Assembly (NCBI GenBank): GCA_023515725.1
Contig: JALDTO010000266.1
Coordinates: 993,043-1,057,042 of the forward strand
Reading direction: 5' to 3'
Length of the DNA stretch: 64,000 nt
Source: Amoeboaphelidium protococcarum X5
Lineage: Eukaryota > Fungi > Aphelidiomycota
Positions 51,835 to 64,000 of this stretch are shown in pieces (positions within the stretch are counted from its first letter, which is position 1; each line of letters opens with the position of its first letter). The translations under genes and the position numbers were made by a program. The notes under the pieces are model-generated. The model ran no database searches, had not been told where the DNA came from, and worked only from the letters and a program-made list of their open reading frames with translations.

Positions 51835-52240
51835 AAACGGTAGATCTGGTGCAAAGACTGACATCCGAACGAAGTAGATAGAACAGATAAAGATGATGAA
51901 TGCAGATTTACGATTAGTTTTATTATTAGTTTTCATTCAACAAGTTCTTTAGCCTTCCAACCGTAATCTTTTAGGCCAGAACCACCTTGTCTCCATAATG
52001 CAAGACTGGGACGAAGTAGTCATACTTATCTAGCCATCTTTCATTCTCCTTCTTGTCAATATCAACTACAGCGTAATCAAGATCCATACTATCCAACGCG
52101 TGCACAGCCTACTCACAAAGTCCGCAGTTCTATCGCGTGAATAATGTATAGCCAGTGCGATTTAACAGCTATTAAGAAAAGTACGACTTATGATTCCAAA
52201 TATTAAGATGGAATACAGGTTTAAATTTTCTATACAACAT
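51806..52240 (-). CDS. Glutaredoxin-like protein (DUF836/C5orf63 type)
   Basis: TLFTRQNCGLCEQA...VDIDKKENERWLDKYDYFVPVLH. The first in-frame TGA is distant (51806), so the 3' end is uncertain. Confidence 0.7.
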
Positions 52241-52426
52241 CTAGAATGAAATTTTCATGAGTTTGATCGTAAAATTTCGTAGAATAGATCACTAATAGGT
52301 GGCACTCACGTATAACATTGTTGGTAAAAGTCTGCGATATTTTATTCGCGTAATATTTCAATGTAAAAGACATTATCATTATTGACATTCTAAAGGCAAA
52401 GCTTACTTCCTGTAGTAACTATTCAC

Positions 52427-52671
52427 CAGTGTGATTTTAAGAGTAATAACCATAATGTGTGGATCCGCACATTCTTCGTACAGTTTCAGCTCAGAAAGCG
52501 TGGATCCACACATTGTGCATTTAAGCCGGTATCTCACTGAGAACATCTAAATTTGACATATAATGTATTCATTGTATTTATGAGCATAGTATAAAGTATA
52601 AGAACTTGTTGAAAAGTGATTTGCAGTGCGATTTTAAGAGTAATAACCATAATGTGTGGATCCGCACATTC
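52427..52671. repeat. 48-bp direct repeat (52427-52474, 52624-52671) containing a near-palindromic core, plus a partial third copy at ~52498-52516
   Basis: CAGTG(T/C)GATTTTAAGAGTAATAACCATAATGTGTGGATCCGCACATTC occurs twice with one mismatch. The core AATGTGTGGATCCGCACATT is self-complementary apart from one G-T pair. Confidence 0.85.
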
Positions 52672-53054
52672 GCGTTGACTTGACTGAACAGTTTCGACCC
52701 TCACAGTTGTGGCCTGTTTTTACATCAGACGATTGAGCAAGCCCGCTGGGCTACTAGCAAACTAAGCATATATTACATGAACAATGAGTAAAAGCATGTA
52801 AATCGCTTTACTGAACACGATAGTTAACCAATAACAATGAATTTTAACTTTAATATGAACAATCAATCACTCAAGGCTTACTGTTTAGTTATTATAACCC
52901 TGTCTCTCAACCGCCCGCTCGCTCGCAACGTGCTGAATCAGAGAACTGTTTGGCCGTTAGCCTTTTCCTGCTCGTATTGTTGCTCTTTGATCTTCAGCAT
53001 AACTATTGTTACGTAGAATAGAGTTAGACTGAATATATATATTAAGGCAAAGGA

Positions 53055-56000
53055 ATGCAATAAATGGTATTTTTATATAGCATTTAGTTTTATTATATTT
53101 TATGTTGAGTGAATTAAGTTTGTAGAGCCTTGAATAGACTGTGGAGAACTTTTTCGATTCCAAGATCCCGTATGATTAAAAGGCTGCTTTAGGTATGAAA
53201 TCGATTGGAATTGTCATTGTTTATTTTACCTCTCGATTTTAAAATACTTATGTAGAATCTCAGCTATAGTAATGGAAGATTAGACCGTTAGCTTGGAGGG
53301 AGGCCGTCAACATCCTATAAGGGCAGTCTAGTTAGAATATGCAGTGGTTCGCTTTATCCATGGTTGAGGTTGGTTATAATATTCGGTTCTTTTACAAGTT
53401 GAAATATTTATTGAATTGTAATGGCATGAATGTAGGAATCTATATTGAGACATTGGGAGGGAATTACAGATGGTGAATAAGAGTAGTTGAAGTAGTTCTG
53501 CCTCAATATTCTTGAACGACACAACCAGAATGGAGTGCTGTCGTTAATGTCCAGCAACAAGTTGATTAAAGTTATTGTGGACTTGGCCAAGAGAATGTGG
53601 CCTCATAGATTTCCCGAACTACTTCCTCTGATTAATAAGTGTATCTTATCACCTCCGCTCAGTCCGACGGGCAAGAAACTGACCAAGTCGCTGCATGCTG
53701 AGGCATTTACTGGACTTTCTCTCCTGAAGACTCTATTGGAAGAGTTCCTGTCCGCTGGCAATAAGCCTGATATGTCTTCAGCCAGGAAATAGGAACTGAA
53801 GCATTTACTGTTTAATGACAATGCTGCATCTAATGGATCCATCATGTCGAGTGTGCTGCATCTATTAAAGATTACACTGGATGGTATATACGGTGGAAGT
53901 GTTGGTGGTCAGCACGGAATTGGGGCAGGAAGTGGTGGTTATAATGTTCAATTTGGTGGTTCTGCGTTTCCATAGGGTGATGTTAAGCATTAGCGGAGTA
54001 TTAGTGCAGATGGAAGGGAGCCAAGTTATCAACAGGCCTACTTGCCCAGTCCATAGGCTAATTCTCCTACACCTTAATACAATCAGTCCCAGGTGGTACA
54101 AATGGCTCTAAATCTCAGCTCTGTCAATTCGCGTCAACTCTTAACTAGTCCTATTTCGATAACACCAAGAGGTTAATTTGACTCTGAGAGTAGAGAATTG
54201 TGTGTGCTGACTCTGGATATAATCGTCCTCATCTTTACTCATATTCCGCTGGATACTGCTAGTGGTTAGCAGTGCTTAAATATATACCTGCTGGATACAG
54301 TTTTTAAACTTGTGCACGTTAATGATTCCACCAGTGTCGAGATTGGCAATGCTGCGCTGAGTTGTATCAGTGAATTGCTATTGCGCAAGTTTATGCCACC
54401 ACAAAGTAATGAGTACGTGACTGTCATATTTTTGCATATTTATGAGGTGCTGAAGCATTTAACTGATGATTCGGATAACAGTCTGATGGATGATCTGGAT
54501 GATGAGTATCGATCCAGGTTTGCTGAATTGTTAACGCTATTCATGTAGAATTGCCTGGGGAAGATTGAGCGTCTATAAAATTTGCCACTTCCCAATCTAT
54601 TGGAATTGATGTACAAATTCACCATGCAGTAACCTGACGTGCTTGCGTTTAGAGAATGCTTGCTCATCTGGCACCAGATTGTCCTGTTTATTCAGTATAG
54701 TCAAGAGACGTTGTAGTCTCCTACCTCTCGATTATAATAATAGATTCCTTAGTCTTAGACTCATTAAAAGTTGAAATAAGGTATGCTTATGCTGAGTCTT
54801 AACTTGTTAGCCAAGATGCAGTATACAGTGAATCCATCCTTTCTGCAGGATATTGAGGATGCAGTGGAGAACTCTAGTGGTTAGACTGATATGGACATGT
54901 ATATCGACGAATGTTTATCTATCCTGGAGCCTACACTGAAGCTGTATCCTCAGGAAGTGATTCAGGTGATTTGGGAAATGTATGAGAGACAAGTGGCCAC
55001 CTTTTAATAGATAATCGGTTAGTAATAACAGTAACAATAAGGCATGCAGTAAAAGTCCTTGTCCGAATCTGCTCATATCATGTACAGCTACAAAGACTTG
55101 AGAACCTCCACAAAAATTGTCGGCCACCTGGCTGAGGTATTTGTGGACAACTTTGAGGCCTCTCTGGATTCCACTTTCAGTCTTGTACTCAAGTTTTTGA
55201 ATGTGATCAGTAATTGTTTGAATGGATATGCGGCCAACTAGGAGCATAATGACTACATTAAGCTGTGTACAGAATCGTATCTGGTGATTCAGTCTTATGT
55301 CTTTTGGTTGACCACTCTGTAATAGAAAGTGTGCGGCAAAGATAGTAATGGTGGTGGAAATATTGGCAATAAGAATCTACTACCAAAATTTGATGAACTA
55401 ACACAAAACATATTGAGTGCCTGTATTGCTGTATTCAGGCCGGGAATGTCAAAAAGAGTGCAGCTGGCTGCATCTCAGGTACTCTAGTCAATTTGTATAA
55501 CTGTAAAGCCATAGAATTTATTTTCATACGGAGATGTGGGTAATTTCGTGTCCAATATACACTAGATATGTCAGGATATTCCACATGAAGTTAAAGCTAA
55601 TATCTACTTTGGTGTCTCATCGGCGCTGTTGAATCTACTGCCTCATCTTAATAATGAGACCACGTAAGAGTATGCGGCCTTTGTATCCGGTGTTGTAGAT
55701 CCGTTTAAATAGCTACTTAATTAGGCTAGTAGTAATCAGTCTGTATTTGCAAATAATGAGATTCAGGATAGAATTGCGCACGTCCTTGTCATCTTATCAT
55801 CGATTCTGAAAAGTGTGGAGTGTGAAAAGGCTGCGGTGCGTTAGATTTTATACTCTACCATCCGGGATGTGGTTGGTCCTAGTGCTTAGCTGCTTAATGT
55901 ATATAATTAGAATGAGAAGCTTTTATTCTCAATCACCTCATTCCTGTTATAGTTGGTTACCTGTGTTAAACGTTAGATTGCGCCAGAGTAGTTGGTTGGT

Positions 56001-56843
56001 ATTGTTTAGCAATTACTATCTGTCTTCAATGAGCAAACTGTTGCCGCCTTATTGAATGATATCAATGAAGAATGCGCACATATCCTCAACAATGTCTTTA
56101 GTATCATGAATATTCTGGTGGAAGATCCATCCTCCTCGTCTAAAGTGTCACTATAGATTCTACCAGACGTTTGCTAATTCTGCATTGGAAGATGTGCTCC
56201 AGTTCTGTAGTAAATCGATACAGGCAATGCAATACTGAGTCGTCCTGTATTCTTTGAACTTATAAAGTCAATCGTTGTGAATTAGTGGAAGTTGATATAT
56301 CCTAATGATAGCTCATCTGCAGTTGGTGGAAATTCTTTCAGTCAACAGGTTGCTCTCTTTGACGGACTCATAAGTATATTGTTGAATGCTTTTCAGTCCA
56401 CCAGTCCGGATCTAGTCAAGGCTGATATGTAGGTGCTGATTGAGATCAACAACAAGTGCAAGTTATTCTCATCCGCTCACTTTCGTCAAGATATGTTCTC
56501 GGTGTTTGTAAGAGTGATCTTGTCGGTGCTGGTAGATAAGAGCCATGATCTGTTGCGTGACGAACTTATCCATTTCTTGTTTGTGATTGCAAGTAGTAGT
56601 GGTAGTGGTAATGGCGGAGATTTATAGCCATTTTACACTTAAGCTGTTCCATTATTTTTATAAGATAAGAATGATGTCTCTGTACGACACAGGTAATTGC
56701 TGTTGGAATCGATGAAGCCTGTTCGTGATTCTCCATCTTTTACTCTGGGCATGAATTAGTTTGTTGATGACTTGCTCTATTACTCACGTATAGATTCTAG
56801 TGATGATGCATCTTCGTAGCCATTGATGAATATGTCATTTTGA
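53055..56843 (+). CDS. XPO6: Exportin-6 (about 3 short 5' introns)
   Basis: NKLIKVIVDLAKRMWP, GLSLLKTLLEEF...DMSSARKQELKHLL, VLVDKSHDLLRDE and DSPSFT...FVDDLLYY correspond to exportin-6 signatures. Confidence 0.85.
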
Positions 56844-57071
56844 TTTATTGCTTGTTGATTGCATTGGCACTGAATTGCTGATTAGTTATATGGCTGATTG
56901 CGACTATTTAAATCAATGGTGGATCAGAAGCTAACAATTACAAGGTAAAACGGATATTGCGATAATGTGAAAATGTGAGATATATATTGAGATTGGCATA
57001 AAGATTATAGCTTCTTGAATTGTGTTCATGATACTTCACTTAAACTTTATAAAATATGATCAGACAATCAA

Positions 57072-60575
<3,504 letters not shown>

Positions 60576-61053
60576 ATTGATTTGACCCTAAAGACAGTTG
60601 AATATAAAAGTTAACTATTACCAGTAGTTAAATAAAGCAATTATTATTACCGGTATATTCACAACTGAGTGAAAGGAGAAAATGTTCGACGAGAAAGAAT
60701 AACGAACGAACGACCAGGCGAGCGTTTCAATATGCTGTACAGTATGTTTCAGATGACGAGGGAGGTTGATAGATGTAGAATTATGTGAAAGGGTAAATGA
60801 ATGCGTGCAAAGAGAAATAGTTCCAAATGATTTTCCCGGTGGCCGTTTAAAAAGTAAAGAAAGAAGTGGAGAGAAAGAGAGAGAGAAGATATAGATGGCG
60901 TGAGTCTTAAAGATACAACTATTGAAAATGACGACAATATAACTTGATGGTACCGTAAAACTACAAAAATTCGCGCGTTAAAATGGGTACAAAACCGAAT
61001 CATATTGAAAACATAATGATGATATTATCATGGATCATTAAAGAGTGATTTTT

Positions 61054-62291
61054 TCACTACTACACCTTGTTCTTTTGCATTCGAGTAGACATGAACCAGT
61101 TGCTGGCGAAAGCAAATGAATCGAATACTAAATCTCCCAGCGTACCCATGAGACGCGTCAGAAAGCGAAACTATACTCCATACATGCCCTGTATTCCGAT
61201 ACAGTAACGGGTGGCCGGTACTCTACTCTCGATGGCATCTCTCGCGGCAATGGCAACAAAAGAAGGCGGCGTTGATACAGAGCTAATAGTCTTGTAGAAC
61301 TGAGTAGCCAATGGTATCCACTGACTGTAATACTTGAACTTGTCGCTACTTGGATCTTTCTAAATACTGGCTATCCATCCATCGTCCGCAGCACTGGAAC
61401 TCTTTTCAATCAATGGACTATAGACCATACCTACATGATTTTTACCGCCAAAATGAATAAATATTAAGATAAAGTTAAACAGGCTCAAAATACTTACCTG
61501 GTTAGATGGAAGAGACAGCAATGCCTTGAGGCTTCAATTCTTGGCGCAGTGCATCGACAATAGCCTCCAGTGCATGCTTACTGCTCGAATAAGGACCGAA
61601 CGTGGCCAGGGATATAACACCGGCAATACTTGAGGTGAACACAACGCGTGGACTATACTGAGTATCTGCAGCAGTCTTACGCAGCACCGGCAGGAAGGCT
61701 TAAATCATGCGCAGAGCACCAAACACGTTAACATCGTACATATCCTACATTGTTTTGACATCCATCAGCTCCACAGGCGTAGGATTGTGTACACCAGCAT
61801 TACTCACTAGACTGACTAAGGCCATATTTTCAGTGCTGCACACCTTCTCAATTTACTGCTTGGCCTTGTTGATTTGATCTTATTTAATTACGTCGCATAT
61901 TAATGGCATAATCTTGCCTACAAATAACTAGTCAGAAGTAATTCAGGTTTAGCGATTAAGTTTTAAAAGTGATAAAAGTACCTTTAGGATGGATGTTCTT
62001 GTTCATCGCCTTCAGATCAGATACCAGAGCATCGCCATCGGACTGCTTTCTGACACAAGCGAAGACTGCGTAACCCAGAGAGGCTAGGTAAAGACTCATC
62101 TCCTTACCAATTCCAGTGCTCGATCCAGTAATCAACACAGCAGGCTATGGCGCAAAATTCTTTACATCCGTAGAGGTGGGATTGAATCGAGGTACAAGTC
62201 CAGGAAGAGCATAACTTAGTACAAGATACAGTACACCTCTCGCAAACAGCAGCGACTGGAACAGAGGAGCAAACAACAATTCGGTACCCAT
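61054..62291 (-). CDS. Short-chain dehydrogenase/reductase (retinol/17beta-HSD-like), introns 61918-61981 and 61431-61497
   Basis: [23 protein letters not shown] catalytic motif, DALRQEL. Confidence 0.9.
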
Positions 62292-63039
62292 TCTAATACG
62301 TTAAAATTTACCTCTTAAAATTGGTTAGAAAATATATATTAAACGCACCAAGCTTTTTATTGTTGCACTAAGAGTCAATGAGGAATCAAACAGTCGGACG
62401 ATCTTCAGAAAGCTTACGTTCTGAATCTGACAGTGAATGCGCGTGATTATTCGTATCTCGTGTCACTCATTGAATAAGTACAAATGTTCCATTTTCGCGT
62501 ACTATATATTCAAGCATAAATTGTATCATAATACAAAATAAAGTCAAAATACTTGAACATACATGTAGTCACCATTTACTATCTCAAACCATTTGGTGTT
62601 CACTCCAATCATCAGACATGTTTCAGACGCGTGTTATCAGATCATACGTTACAGTATAGTCGTACATCAAGAGTTAATTCGCTTTCATCACCAAAATCGT
62701 GTTATGTAATATGATCAGTATCATCTCTTCAATTCTTTGTTAGATATGAAAGCCATAACATCAAAGAAGTATATGCCACCAGCTGACTGAGGCTATTCAT
62801 TGTTCAGCAAGTAGATGTTCTATTTGATCTAAATAAATTGAGTTTCAAAGCTTATTTAGATGAGATTATTATCTTCATGGCGTTATATCTATATAAAATA
62901 AGGATAAACTTACTTTAAAGTAAATATTTACTAAAGAATTTGTGCAAGACAGTGCCACAAGATCTTGATACAAAGATCGATCAGCAAATCTTCATCTCGC
63001 ACCAAGTGAACGACACGCATAATTAGTAAAGTTAAAGAT

Positions 63040-63766
63040 ATGCCGAACAAATAAATTGTATTGGGAAGTGCATCGGTAGGTAGAAAGCATATTCTAAGTG
63101 AAATTATTGGATCAAATAATTTTCAAATACTCAAGGCTGACATTGATGAAGATGCTATCGGAGATAGGAGAAAGGATGCGCCATCAGATCTGGTTGTCAA
63201 AATCGCTTTAAAGAAAGCTGAAGCGATAATTAATAGGTACCCGAATGCACTCAAGGGCTGCATACTGATAACTAGCGATGAAGTCGTGGAATACAAAGGC
63301 TAGATACGTGAAAAACCAAAATCTGAAGAGGTATGATCTCTCAGATCTTAATGGTTATAATCATCGCGTCGTTGTAGGAATGCCGATACTTTCTGAATAG
63401 TCTCAGTAACAACAGTGTCACCTGTCATACTTCTTTAATTGTCACTGATGTTGAAACTGGTAAATAAGTGGTCAAGTGTGATTAAGCTACTCAGCATTTC
63501 AATAAAATTGCGGACGAGGCTATCAGCGCGTTGATCACAAAAGGTGATGTTATGTATTGCGCGGGCGGGTTTACTGTAGAAGATGGTGTGATTTCATTAC
63601 TTATCAACTCATTATTTATAATAGATTTAAAGCGCAAATCTTTTGTATTGTAGATTTACTGAAACCATATCTAGGCGCGCTTGAAGGCGAATTGGAGACC
63701 ATAATAGGACTTCCGAAAACCATGCTCATTAAAGTTCTTCAAGAATTTGGATATGAGTCACTCTGA
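63040..63766 (+). CDS. Maf-family nucleoside triphosphate pyrophosphatase (introns ~63331-63377 and ~63587-63653)
   Basis: IVLGSAS..R..IL, ADIDE, KAEA, ITSDEVV, IREKP, YCAGGF, IIGLP. Confidence 0.88.
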
Positions 63767-64000
63767 ATAAATAAGAATGTTTGCTTTATCCACCTTTATA
63801 TTTGCAGCATACGTGATGCTATAACAACTATGTACATCCGCTTCAATTGACATTGTTGTTAAGGTGAACTATCAAATCACAACTTTCATTCTTCGGTTAC
63901 TTCGGTTGACGGGCGCGCGAATTTTCTGAGCTTGGATCATTACAGCGAAAAGTCAGCTCACGTATTACTATCGTTAGTGATCGAAAAAAAGGAATAATTA

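Noticed and set aside
52427-52671. CRISPR-like array
   Set aside because: Only two full repeats with a 149-bp spacer, eukaryotic context, no cas genes.
61490-61500. ATACTTACCTG, identical to the U1 snRNA 5' end
   Set aside because: It is the reverse complement of a consensus 5' splice site (CAG|GTAAGTAT) of the SDR gene, and no U1 body follows.

Overview
Compact, intron-poor eukaryotic DNA that uses a reassigned genetic code: TAA and TAG encode Gln, and only TGA is stop. The supplied standard-code ORF track is therefore badly fragmented. Re-read with TAR=Gln, about 30 genes tile the window, nearly all as intact ATG..TGA frames with a few 50-80 nt GT-AG introns. They include a CaMKK-like kinase, CBP3, GTP-type PEPCK, VMA6, SIKE/FGFR1OP2, TRM112, eIF3h, sulfite oxidase, TGL3/4 lipase, DBR1, condensin II CAP-G2, two tandem kexins, TCP1, an Ugo1-like carrier, GID8-like and GID4, PP2C, ATG15, ILV5, PUP2, a B-box protein, exportin-6, USP7, an SDR and Maf. 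Fungus-like proteins, retained 'animal-type' genes and TAR=Gln best fit an aphelid such as Amoeboaphelidium (inference). The most unusual part is the left ~1.94 kb. It holds the 3' part of a viral/mobile D5-type superfamily-3 helicase gene written in the host's reassigned code. Downstream lie a GC hairpin with a T-tract, an AT-rich iteron/inverted-repeat block and a perfect 54-bp palindrome, into which a disrupted neighbouring ORF reads. This looks like the end of an integrated Polinton-like/transpoviron-like element with a hairpin-type junction. All coordinates and translations were derived by hand, and no database searches were run.
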